This document shows, in pieces, positions 52,875 to 64,000 of a DNA stretch of 64,000 nucleotides. The position numbers and the translations under genes are program-made. The notes beneath the pieces were generated by a model. It did not search any database, had not been told where the DNA came from, and worked only from the letters and a program-made list of their open reading frames with translations. The first letter of the stretch is position 1, and each line of letters begins with the position of its first letter. The DNA comes from Podarcis vaucheri. Its lineage: Eukaryota. The stretch lies in NCBI GenBank assembly GCA_965113315.1, contig OZ220373.1; one strand, given 5' to 3'.

Positions 52875-53617
52875 CATGTGTGATGAACACTGACATCACT
52901 TGCACCATCCTCCAGATGTTGCCCTATGCCAGAGGGATTTTCTTTAGCAGAAGACATTATCCTCAACTAAGGATGACTAGCAGACCAGAAAGCCTCTTGT
53001 CAGGTAGAGTTTTGATATGTTAAGCACTGCCCTAATTCCATCATGCTAATTTGATCACTTGTTCGTTCATTCAGCTATAGCAAAAGGTACCTAAGAGTAT
53101 TTCCTGCTTCTCCAAAAATCTGTCAGTGCGACTGAACAACCAGGGTTTGCTTAGCCTTAGATGATATTAGACCAATGCATGAAACTGAACTAGGAACACA
53201 AATACGAAACTTTCACGACAATTACAACTTTCTCTTTTTTATTTTCCTGGTCAGCATCCTTCACAAATTCCCACAATGTATGTCTTCTTCACAATCACTT
53301 TCCTGCTTCAGAGAATGAGACTGGTAACCATTTATCAAATCAGTGTGATTTGCACAAGATTCTTTACAAAATTATGTTGCAAAGCCTTGCCTGGACAAAT
53401 ATGCCGATTGACTTTTTCTTTCTGGGAAGTGCTGGGTCAGGAGATGGGGATTTCACATCTCTGAATTTTGGTTCTTGCAGAACACCCACTTCATATAACT
53501 GAGCACAGGAGAAGGCTCAACTTTTCCAAAGCTCAGTAAACAAATGCCTGCTTACATGCCTCAATGGATTTCTGTTTTCCAGAACTCAGGGGAAAAGGGC
53601 TACTGATGGGGCCAGGA

Positions 53618-53620
<3 letters not shown>

Positions 53621-53666
<46 letters not shown>
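53621..53666 (+). repeat. (TC)n microsatellite; other (AG)n tracts at ~41655, ~45288 and ~49703
   Basis: Direct observation. Confidence 0.95.
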
Positions 53667-53670
<4 letters not shown>

Positions 53671-53707
53671 CTATCTATCATCTGCTGTTTTGTGCAAGTC
53701 TGGTATA

Positions 53708-53953
53708 TAGTCATACCTCGGTATAAATATGCTTCAGGATAAGTATTTTTGGGTTGCGCTCTGTGGTGACCTGGAAGTAACGGAGTGCATTACTTCCGGG
53801 TTTCGCTGCTCACGCATGCGCAGATGGTCAAAATGACGTCACGTGCATGCGCGGAAGCGGTGAAACGCGACATGCGCAGTCGTGTCTTACATTCTATTAA
53901 GGATGTGAACGGGGCTCTGGAACGGATCCCGTTCACATCCCGAGGTACCACTG
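53708..53953. mobile_element. Tc1/mariner-pogo MITE, family B
   Basis: TA-flanked (T/C)AGTCATACCTCGG..CCGAGGTACCACTG. Confidence 0.8.
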
Positions 53954-54617
53954 TACTGGAATATTAGTACCTCAGCAATAAATAAATAAAATGGTCTACA
54001 CACAGAAACACTTGCACAAATACCCATAATGGACCCAGGGTTTCTAGAACTTGGGGAAGGGAAAAGAACATACAGTACCAATATGTCCCATCAAGCACTG
54101 TCAGCTAGTGGGAATAGAAAACAGTGTGATAGAGTTCAACTGAAAGCACTCAAGTATGCATGAATATGTACAAAAGCACAGAGAGAAATAATGGATCTGC
54201 GTGACCCATGGTGTACCCACAGCCCAAATGACCAGTACACGCACATCCCCATGCTGCCATAACTGCCTGTAAATACACATCAGGTAGTCATAAATGTAAG
54301 GAAGTTAAACAAAGGGGACTAAAAGAAACTAAAGGGCAATCGTTTTTCAAAACAGGCAAGGCCTTTCTGAAGCCTAGCTCAGGCAATGCCCTGAAGAGAA
54401 AAAACAAGAGGAAAATGATTCTAATATAGGGACATGTATCTGTGGCAATTGATGATAAGGGAGAGGGGGGGAGAGAGCTTTTAGTAATGCAACTCCGAGC
54501 TAATGCTTTCAAAAGATAGGTCATATTACCATTAGAATTACCGCATTCAGAATAAGGTTTACAAAAAGCAGGATGTTTCTGTGCACTCTCCAGCGTGAAC
54601 ATCTGTGGGGAAAGGGC

Positions 54618-55103
54618 CAGGGTTGGCCTGCCCATGAGGCAAGGTGAAGGAATTGCCTCAGGGCGGCGGACATGGCACCAGGTGCCAGATCCGGGCCCAT
54701 GAGGAGTGTGTTGCCTGCTGCCACTGTCTACACCACCACCTCTTGGCACCATAGCTGTCAACGTTTCCCTTTTTTAAAGGGAAATTCCCTTATTCCGAAT
54801 AGGATTCCTCGCAAGAAAAGGGAAAAGTTGACAGCTATGCTTGGCACCTGTTGACTCCTCCTCCTCCAACGCCAACACTGATGCCTCCTCCTCCTCCTCC
54901 TTGCCACTGCCACCTCATCTCACCCCCTCTCCAGCCACTGGCCTCCTTTTTGCCTCTGTTTCTCTTCGGCAGCAGAGGGGGGAGAGTAGGGGATTTGTTC
55001 TCGAAGGGGGCAAGGGAGGAATCGGCATCAGCAGGCAGTTAAGCAGGGGAAAGGAGGCACTTTCCACTTTGCCTCAGGGGCAAAACATGCTTGCCTGGCC
55101 TTG
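54618..55103. mobile_element. Old hAT-like DNA element (family of 45189-46108)
   Basis: Left end CAGGGTTGGCCTGCCCATGAGGCAAGGTG..GCCTCAGG, right end TTGCCTCAGG..CAAAA..GGCCTTG. Confidence 0.55.
54750..54839. mobile_element. 90-bp hAT MITE nested in 54618-55103
   Basis: Perfect 13-bp TIR CATAGCTGTCAAC..GTTGACAGCTATG; perfect 8-bp TSD CTTGGCAC (54742-54749, 54840-54847). Confidence 0.92.
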
Positions 55104-56191
55104 GAGGGGCCTTTGCTTGCATAGTTATATACGCAGTGTTCTCCACGGGACCCAGTTGCCAAATCCCGTGTGAGCACATCATTCTAAGGGCCTTCTTGGT
55201 GGCTGCTCCCAGACTTTAAACTCCCTCCTTCGAGAAGCTTTCTCCTTGTCTTTCCACTGGCAGGTGAAGACTTTATTGTCTCAACAGGCTTATTGGAACT
55301 GACTGCTTTTAGAGAAAGGGCTGCTGCTGCTGCTGCTGCTGCGCTGTTTTAATTGCAATCATTTGTATGGTTTTTAATATTTTTAAAATGTATATAGAGA
55401 GAGTTTTAATTCTATCAATGTGCAATTTTTTTAAAAATAATTCTCTCTCCCACTTCCAATATCTCACATTTTTAAAAGCTGTTCTTATTGTATCTGTAAG
55501 CCAACTTCAGTATCTGTCAGGGAAAAAGGTGGGATATAAATAAATATTTATATAAGCAGAATATTGTTATATGCACAAACCACCACCACCCTTCTCTACA
55601 GAGATTCTTTCTGCAGATGTTGGGAGAGGAGCCTGAAACACTGGAGCTAAAATAACTGGGGGGGGGGGGATAACATGAAAACCTGATTACCAGAGGCAGA
55701 AGTGGGGTGAATGTACAAGTGGCAGTTCCAATTTCAAGCTGCTTTTTAATCTAAGTGGGGGGTGGGGACTCTCATCTGTTTCCCCCCCAGATATGCTTTG
55801 TAATAAATACACCAAGTCTGTCTGTGGAGTTTGTACCATACTGTTCCTTGGTTATGTGTGTGCAATTCTGAATATGTAGCAGAGACTCTTACATTATTTT
55901 CCTGGGGCTAGTTGATAATATATATTTTTAAAAAATCTCAGTTCTGTCAAAGATAGCTCTACTGTGTGATGTTCCATGTCTGACTCCAGGCAGTTTCAAT
56001 TCTTGCAGCCCCAGGTGCCATTTCACTGAGCTCTTGCAGTCATTTTCCTGTTTCCTTGTTGTACACGGGGAGTTCTAAAGAACTGTGCACCGTATAGATG
56101 GCTGTGAGACCAATACAGGCGTTAGAATGAACAGTGTTTAAACATGTTATGTCGCGGGGTTCACAGGGGTATACACACCAGCCTTGCCCCA

Positions 56192-56923
56192 TAGAATCAT
56201 AGAATCATAGAGTTGGAAGAGACCTCAAGGGCCATCGAGTCCAACCCCCTGCCAAGCAGGAAACACCATCAGAGCACTCCTGACATATGGTTGTCAAGCC
56301 TCTGCTTAAAGACCTCCAAAGTAGGAGACTCCACCACACTCCTTGGCAGCAAATTCCACTGTCGAACAGCTCTTACTGTCAGGAAGTTCTTCCTAATGTT
56401 TAGGTGGAATCTTCTTTCTTGTAGTTTGGATCCATTGCTCCGTGTCCGCTTCTCCGGAGCAGCAGAAAACAACCTTTCTCCCTCTTCTATGTGATATCCT
56501 TTTATATATTTGAACATGGCTATCATATCACCCCTTAACCTCCTCTTCTCCAGGCTAAACATGCCCAGCTCCCTTAGCCGTTCCTCATAAGACATCGTTT
56601 CCAGGCCTTTGACCATTTTGGTTGCCCTCCTCTGGACACGTTCCAGTTTGTCAGTGTCCTTCTTGAATTGTGGTGCCCAGAACTGGACACAGTACTCCAG
56701 GTGTGGTCTGACCAGAGCAGAATACAGTGGCACTATTACTTCCCTTGATCTAGATGCTATACTCCTATTGATGCAGCCCAGAATTGCATTGGCTTTTTTA
56801 GCTGCCGCGTCACACTGTTGGCTCATGTCAAGTTTGTGGTCAACCAAGACTCCTAGATCCTTTTCACATGTACTGCTCTCAAGCCAGGTGTCACCCATCT
56901 TGTATTTGTGCCTCTCATTTTTT
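56192..56923 (-). mobile_element. Young CR1 LINE, 5'-truncated
   Basis: Uninterrupted 209-aa frame ([29 protein letters not shown]), (ATTCTATG)n tail, TSD TTGCCCCA (56184-56191, 56924-56931). Confidence 0.95.
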
Positions 56924-57250
56924 TTGCCCCAGCATCCCTATCTCTGTCTGCTTCACCCTCAGCCTTCCTGCATTGAGCAGAAAGGTCTGAAGGGGCGTTC
57001 TAAGGCCCCTCAAGATGGGTGTTTCGTTTTGCTTTTTGCTTATGTATTGCACAATGCATTTACACAATAAAAGTGTGTTAGTGGTGGGTTTCTACTGGAC
57101 CGGCCGCACATCAATTCACTTATTCTGTGATACTCCCCCATTATTCCCATATGGAGGGGACAACAAAAAGTGGGACAAAAAAAATAAATGGGAGCGTGGT
57201 ATAAACTGATATAAAAAGTTACAACATTTAGTTTTTTTTAGTTCCCCCCT

Positions 57251-57372
57251 TTCTGTAAAGTTGGAGGGGACTCTGAAGGGTAATCCTGCAATGCAGGGAT
57301 CTCTTGCCCAACGTAGGGCTCGAACCCATGACTCTGAGATTAAGAGTCTCACACTCTTACCAGCTGAGCTGT
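57251..57372 (-). mobile_element. tRNA-Lys(CTT)-derived SINE with a CR1-like tail
   Basis: Minus strand AGCTCAGCTGGTAAGAGTGTGAGACTCTTAATCTCAGAGTCATGGGTTCGAGCCCTACGTTGGGC resembles tRNA-Lys. It is followed by a CR1-type GTCCCTCCAAC tail. Confidence 0.75.
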
Positions 57373-58314
57373 ATTAGAACCTTCATAGTGTGAAGACTGT
57401 AGCTGGGGTGTTTGCTTTAAACTGCTGCTGAACTGTTTGAATGGTTCCACTGAACTCCAGTTTTATATGTTATTCTATGGCTTGTGTGCATCTCAGATCC
57501 TTTCGAACGCAGGGCAGTCTAGAAAATAAATAATAAATAAAAATAAAAATCTCACAAGGAATTTAGAGGTCTGCAGATTATTAGTGACATGTTGTAAAAG
57601 GATAGGACAGGTAGAAGTACCTGTATTCAAGGAGAAGGCAGGCTTGCAGTCAGTCGAAGACATGTTGTCATAATATTCTTTAGAACGATACTTAGGCGTC
57701 TTCAAGTCACCAAGCAATCATGTTACAAAAGACAGCTTGCCTGAGTGCTCCAATTACTGAAGTATTATGCAGCTTTGACGGCTGTGCTCCTATAGGACTG
57801 GAATTGTTCACGAGATCGATAGTGAACCACAAACTCTCTCTTTGTGTGTGTCTGTGACTTTATCCTAGCTCAGGTAAAAAACGGCAATAAACTGTTTGCT
57901 ATTTATAAAATATGAGTTGGTGCCCCTTCTCCCCAAAATAGCATCTTTGTTTTTGTTTATTTTGTTAATTTCTTTTAAAAAAATCTAAATAGCAGGGAAG
58001 ACAGATGGCAACATATTACATCATCAGCTAAATACAATGGATCAATTCAGGATTCCAAAGTTTGACATATGCTGTCGGGAGCTGTTGATGTAAATGATGC
58101 ATGGTTACATACATAATAAAATGCCACCATACATCTTGAAATGTGGCAAATTTAGCAAATCCTTGTGGGGCCTCAAAATGGTACCAGCATTCTTCTCAGA
58201 GATAGCAAAGCATATGTTATACCAGAGTTTCACATCTAAACCCTCTTAACATTTTCCATTTTTGTACAATAAATAAATGTGCAGCAAATAAAAATATTAC
58301 AAGTTCTATACATA

Positions 58315-58556
58315 CAGTGGTACCTCAGGTTACATATGCTTCAGGTTACATACGCTTCAGGTTACAGACTCCACTAACCCAGAAATAATACCTCGGGTTA
58401 AGAACTTTGCTTCAGGATGAGAACAGAAATCGTGCTCCGGAGGTGCAGCAGCAGCAGGAGGCCCCATTAGCTAAAGTGGCGCTTCAGGTTAAGAACAGTT
58501 TCAGGTTAAGAACAGACCTCCGGAACGAATTAAGTACTTAACCCAAGGTACCACTG
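58315..58556. mobile_element. Tc1/mariner-pogo MITE, family A
   Basis: TA-flanked TIRs; homologous to 21534 and 36488. Confidence 0.88.
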
Positions 58557-60522
58557 TACAATATTTGTATTGTTTCCATCAAAAACTGAAGTAAGGGCTT
58601 GTTGTGGTTTCATCTTAATCTGTATATGTACAATATTTGTTATCTCTTTAAATATAGCAATCCAAAATGGTTAGATTTGGGGAGAATCCCACCATACAGG
58701 GAAATCAATGAAGTCTTATGCAATAATAAACTTGATAGCCTGTAAAGTGCCACCCAAGGTGGTGGTGGTGTTGTCTGAGCAACCTCTTTCTCTCTGCCTC
58801 TCTTGGGAAGGGGAGATTCAATGCTTCCTTACAGACTCTAGTTGCCCTCGCAGAGACCATAGGACTGCAGGGTAAGGTAGCAAAAAAAAAAAAAAAAAAA
58901 AAAAAGGTTGAAACTGGGACTTTCTAAATGTAAGGAACACATTCTACCAATGGCGTCTTAGATCAGGGAAGAAGATTATATCAGTATTAGGCAGCTTCCA
59001 ATGCTCCTACTTAAACCACTCTTCTACTTGTGCCCTAGAAAGTCCATTCACCTAGCCCATTAAATCAACGGTTATTTTACTATAGTAAAATAAGGCTTCG
59101 CTGAACCAGGGTTCTGTGTTGGTAGGGACAGCTAACACTTAAGTGCCTTCAGCATTTGCCTCCAGTCCTGATTATACTGTCATGCTACTGATTTGTAAAT
59201 TCCGTATAAAGCCTAGCTCACGCTGGTAAGCCTTATTGCGCTTCCAAAAGATTCCCAGGCTTACCCTTTGCAAATAAACGACTACAGTTATTTGCAAATT
59301 GCTATACCTTTGTCCTTCCACTTCCGCATCGCTTTATTATAACTGGTGTTTACTCAGCGCACTCCAGCCAATAATGAAAGCGAATTGCATGCTTTGCCAC
59401 TGCTCTCGTAATATTATCCTGATCTCCCCCAAGGACTGTTTTATGCATTATGAAATTGTACCTACCATGGACCCCTTAATGCAGAAAAACAACACACACC
59501 ATTTTCTCCATGTGTATACTTTATGACTAACTGCAAGGGGCTTGGTGTCAGCGATGCCTCCCCAACAAAGCATATGGGGCAGAAAAGATAAGCAGCGGTT
59601 TTATGAAGTGAAGTGTAATCGTATAGGTGTCAACGCATAGTCTCTTAGTATAGAGGTGTGCTCAAGCTAACATTTTGTGTAAGGTGGCCTAAATCTTTGA
59701 GGGAATATGAGTGAAATGCAGGTGCGTCAACTCTAGGGGATGGAGGTGTCTTCTGCCCCCTCCATATTTGTTTGAAAGGGGTCCAGCCCTCCCAATATCA
59801 AGGGGGTAAGGCTTGATATTGATGACATCATAGATGATATTGAGGCTTGATGACATCACAGAAGGCTGCACTAGCTGGGGGGACTAGCGCACCTGACTTG
59901 GGGTTGCACCGACATGCAGAGCATCTCCCGATGTTGGGGGCCCCAGTGTGGCCTAGCAGAATGATGTCTCACACACACAACATGCGCCAGCAGGATCTTG
60001 GGGGCAAGCTGGCACCACTGAGTGAAATGGTTTGCTGCAACTTTATCCCTGTCTATTCCTTCCCAACATCACATCACATGGCCTGCTTGTAAAGCCTTCT
60101 CTTGCCATACTGCGAAAGGGCTGGGAACAATTTCAGTTTAAGAATTCTGCGATTAGCCTCCCTGTCTACTTAACAGTTTCTCTTCTCAGTAGCTTTAAAG
60201 TCTCCGGGCTCTGAATTCAATTAGCTTTCCAAACAAACTCACCAAATAGTTATGCCAACTTCTATATTTAAGTGGTGACTTAAGTGGAAGCTGAGAACAA
60301 TTTTCTTTCGGTGGCAATGATTTCCAGAAGCAAACAGAAAGGCAGGTGCTGATAAGTGTTCTAAATTAGCTAGTCCTCATTTACATCTATGTCATCCACA
60401 CCTGGTTCCCATCACAGGGCAGTGGTTGTCATGACAACCTTAACTTGGTTACCTCAGCCTCATGTGGCACCAAATCCATCCCTTGCTGACCCTTGAATGC
60501 CGGCTAGGAGTTCCAGTTGAAG

Positions 60523-60658
60523 CAGGCTTCCACAACCTTGGCCCTCCAGATGTTTTGAGGCTACAATTCCCATCATCCCTGACCACTGGTTCTGCTAGCT
60601 AGGGATCATGGGAGTTGTAGGCCAAAAATATCTGGAGGGCCGCGGTTGAGGAAGCCTG
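60523..60658. mobile_element. Palindromic hAT-Charlie (URR1-like) MITE
   Basis: Near-complete hairpin CAGGCTTCC..GGAAGCCTG; perfect 8-bp TSD AGTTGAAG (60515-60522, 60659-60666). Confidence 0.92.
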
Positions 60659-61169
60659 AGTTGAAGGGCACATTTGCATCCAGCAAAGCTGCCCTATTAG
60701 CCCAAAGACTTCAGTGTAATGGGGGTTTCCTCTTCCTACATGCTCCCACACCCTCCCCCCAAATGCTGGAGAGTTGAGGGGAGCCACAGAACACATTGGG
60801 TGTGTGTGTGTAACGAACTGGCAGGGTGACGGGGAGAAGGAAGAGTGATGTCATATTGCATATTGTGATGTTGTATTGTGCTTTTTCGAACAGCCTAGTT
60901 CTCAGACATTTTGACTCCCAAACAATCAAAACCCGGAAGTGACTGTTCCAGTTTTTGAACGTTTTTTTGGAAGCTGAATGTCTGACAGGGCTTCCGTGGC
61001 TTCTGATTGGTTGTAGGAACTTCCTGCAGCCAATCAGAAGCCATGCTTTGGTTTTTGAAAATTTTGGAAGTCTTCAGACTTCTGGAACGGATTCTATTCG
61101 ACTTCAAAAGTACTTTGTATTTTTCTTTTGCCCAGAGTGGCTGGGGCAACCCAGTCAGATGGGTGGCAC

Positions 61170-61209
<40 letters not shown>

Positions 61210-61216
61210 TAAAAAT

Positions 61217-61639
61217 GACGGATGGTGATGAGGGGATGGGAGTTAGTGCACAGGAACCAGAGCAGCAGGACCCATCACCAGAGCCAGAAGGGCCCCTGCC
61301 CCGACTCTGGCAGGCTCTAAGGTATAGGGAGCAGCAGGCAAGGGCCCAAAGCCCAGCTCTCTAGCTGGCCAGGTGGGGCTTGCTACCTCTGGGAGGAGGT
61401 CTGTGATCCTTAGCTGCAGTAGGCTTGGAACAGGTGAGGGTCAGTTGCCTCATCAAGCCCAGGTGCTGCAATCAGCATGCAAAGTACCAAAGGGAAGCAG
61501 AGCTGAGGTGCTGTGTCTGCTCAAGTGCCCCTTTGCTTGGACTTTGGACACGTGGATTTACCTAGGATTGAAGAGTTGACATACCGACTTGCCACCAGGT
61601 AGGCCAGAGGTTCAGGACAGAGGGGTGGGTCACCCAACA
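61217..61639 (+). mobile_element. Putative LTR-like repeat, partial (family of 34084-34832), preceded by an L2 3' end with (AAT)n at ~61130-61206
   Basis: Shared blocks with the 34-kb copy; ends in CCAACA. Confidence 0.5.
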
Positions 61640-62177
61640 TAAGTAAACATTCCCAGTTCAGGATATTGAACGCTTATTCTTAACATGGCTTCTATAAGGT
61701 TACACTCCCCTTTAGGATGAGTTGTTTCTTACCTGCACATGCCCACACATTGTACCTCATAGTAAGCTGTAGTTTCCCCTTAGCATGATTATTATTATTT
61801 AATTATATTTTATTTATATTTTTCATGTTACAAAGCAAACGGATAAGCAAGGAAAAGCACATCTATTGTCTCCACTTTCGATTCATAGTCTTTTTCACAG
61901 TTTACGTTTGGTGAGAGACACTTTGGTCAGAGACATCTTGCAGTTGGGGAAGAGAGATGGGGGTATTGTTCTTTAATTCTGTTGCCTATTATTGGTGTAG
62001 GGAGGTTGTGTCAGCACCATGTGGCTGGGTCCTTTGTTTGTGTATTCATTTATTTTTACTGCAATTGTAAGAGGTTTGGGGTTTCTGAGCTTGGTTAATT
62101 GCGTACAATTGATTGCAGGGTGTGGGGCTAGGTTGTCCCTCAGCATGATTATGCACTCTGAATATGTTGGACAAAAA

Positions 62178-62387
62178 CAGGGGTCAGCAACCTTTTTCAG
62201 CCATGGGCCGGTCCAACGTCCCTCAGACCATGTGGTTGGCCGGACTATATTTTGAAAAAAAATATGAACGAATTCCTATGCCCCACAAATAACCCAGAGA
62301 TGCATTTTAAATAAAAGTACTGAGAAGGTGAATTGAGAAGGCGATTGGGCCACATCCGGCCCACAGGCCTTAGGTTGCCCATCCCTG
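62178..62387. mobile_element. hAT-Charlie MITE, OC1/OposCharlie-like
   Basis: TIR CAGGGGTCAGCAACCT..AGGTTGCCCATCCCTG; perfect 8-bp TSD GACAAAAA (62170-62177, 62388-62395). Confidence 0.88.
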
Positions 62388-62540
62388 GACAAAAAGCTCT
62401 GCCTGAGGCACAAGAAAGTAAAAAAGGATTTAAAATGGGCATATGGTATTGATTTTTGGGGGGAGATTTTTATGTGTATGAGTGGGACAGAGAAAGATTG
62501 CACTTAGAGGCATGAATTTAGTGGCAATGGTCAATTCCAG

Positions 62541-62914
62541 AACTCTGGCCAAAAGTTTCAATATAAGGAATAATTCCTACTCAAGAGTTGGAACGAAAAA
62601 CGTGTATATTCTGCTAAGAATAACAGTTTGAAGCTAGTAGTAAATTTAAACACAACGTGTAAGTACAATAGTTTTAAAGTAATGGTAAGTTTGGATACAA
62701 CGTTTAAGTACAGAAATAATGTAGTTTCAAGTATGCAGTAATATAGTACAAAGGTACATGAAATGCCAGTGCACAGCAATTGTTTTATACAATAATTGTT
62801 TTGTGCACTCCTCTTGAGTAGGAATTATTCCTTATATTGAAACTTTTGGCCAGAGTTCTTGATATATCCTTTTCAGTGCAGTTTTAACAAGAACTCCAAT
62901 TTCTTTAACGATTA
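62541..62914. mobile_element. Retroposed insertion with an internal 49-bp inverted repeat (Penelope-like architecture)
   Basis: 16-bp direct repeat CAATGGTCAATTCCAG (62525-62540, 62915-62930); perfect inverted repeat 62539-62587 / 62811-62859. Confidence 0.6.
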
Positions 62915-63972
62915 CAATGGTCAATTCCAGGCAGTTTTTATTTCCAGTTGAAAATAGGTACCAAACTGGGGAGCCTTTTTCTTGGCTCTTACATTTCCCT
63001 GAATTGAGAATCTTTTGGCAACTGAAACAAGAGAATCCAAGAAGACGTGGTTTTGTTTTTAGTGGAAGTTTTTTGATGCCAAAGAATTTAGGAGAAGTGG
63101 GCCAATGCTGCTTGCCTCAACACATTGCTTGTGGGTGTTAGGACTAGTCATCTCTCCCTCTTCCCTTACTGTTGGTGTTGCCGAATCCCCACGGTCAGCT
63201 CACGGCCTTCCGGTATCAAGCTGAAAGCAAATCCTGTCCTGTGGGCAGTGCTCAAGAACAACTCGAACAGGTCAGAGCTATAAATGCGTCAGGACAATTT
63301 AGTCATCATGCGGAACTTGGTTCCTTTCTTTCTGAAAAGCTGGTGCCTTTGAATCACAAGGCTGTGCCATTAGCAGCTTCCCTGAAATGTGGCAAAATGC
63401 TAACTCTTTTTTCTCTGTGTGTTTTTTTATATAAAGAAACCACCAGAAATTCATCTAGTCACTACCCAACCTTTCCACAAAAAGAAATAGGGAGTGGGAG
63501 AGGCGGAGAACTTCCATGCCTTCATTCATGCTTTGTGGGTGTCTACTTTGAGTGGTGAACTAAAGCAAACTGGTACCACTTCTAAGCATGAAATGACGGT
63601 TGGGGAAGACTACCTGCCGAGATGCCGCTTTTTTAGGGCTGGTTCACAACTGATAAATTTCTTATACGGGCTGTATCTGCTGTGTGGAGAAATAGGTGCA
63701 TGTATCACCCTGAGTGCTCTTTAAAGTAGCAAGGCAGGTTTACAGCTTCTCGACGAAAATAACATATAACTGTGGCAGGTTGCTTCGTGCCACTCATTTC
63801 CCAAGCAGTGCAAAACTCGAGGGGCAGTGGATATAAAGCCTTTGTGGGGGGAAAGGTGGAGGGTTTGAATGAACTGTGTTTTAGGAGGGATGTCTTCATA
63901 TGAAAAATGCAGGCACACGGCCTCCTATCTGGATCAGGACTATAGCAGCTGTGAAAGTGTTAAAGCCCTCTT

Positions 63973-64000
63973 TAAGGTAAAGGGACCCCTGACCATTAGG
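63973..64000 (-). mobile_element. Sauria SINE 3' end, cut by the window edge
   Basis: AAAGGTAAAGGGACCCCTGACCATTAGG, identical to the tails of other copies. Confidence 0.88.

Noticed and set aside
57305-57372. Possible tRNA-Lys(CTT) gene
   Set aside because: The 5' acceptor stem is missing, the stems are mutated and it is fused to a CR1-like tail, so it is a SINE head.
62805-62900. Hammerhead ribozyme in the Penelope-like insert
   Set aside because: GAAAC..GTT could form stem III, but there is no canonical CTGANGA core and no stem I pairing.
33000-64000. SEMA6A terminal exon expected by synteny on the minus strand
   Set aside because: No long ORF or recognisable SEMA6A peptide; probably beyond the window.

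Overview
Vertebrate genomic DNA, almost certainly from a squamate and probably a lacertid lizard, judged from the Sauria/Squam1 SINEs, a Squam3-like SINE, Bov-B, CR1 and L2. The only host protein-coding sequence I can support is the 3' end of COMMD10 on the + strand. It consists of a 60-nt exon (32236-32295, NMEKVFVEFSHQELFEFYNK) and the terminal exon (32781-32819, LETIQAQLDSLT*). Positions 1-32235 are therefore most likely one very long COMMD10 intron, and ~33-64 kb is downstream non-coding DNA. In mammals SEMA6A lies further on, but I see no SEMA6A exon here. The rest is a dense transposable-element landscape: ~10 Sauria SINEs, Bov-B/CR1/L2/L1 3' fragments, a DIRS relic, solo LTRs, many hAT (8-bp TSD) and Tc1/mariner-pogo (TA TSD) MITEs, microsatellites and a 128-N gap. 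Almost all entries in the ORF track are spurious or TE-derived. I found no convincing new gene system. The most interesting signals are structural: a templated copy of one SINE's unique flank inside a neighbouring SINE, a Penelope-like inverted-repeat insertion with a 16-bp TSD, reciprocal SINE/hAT nesting (one case duplicates a transposon TIR), a strand bias of intronic SINEs, and candidate regulatory elements. All family names come from recalled consensus sequences, not from database searches.
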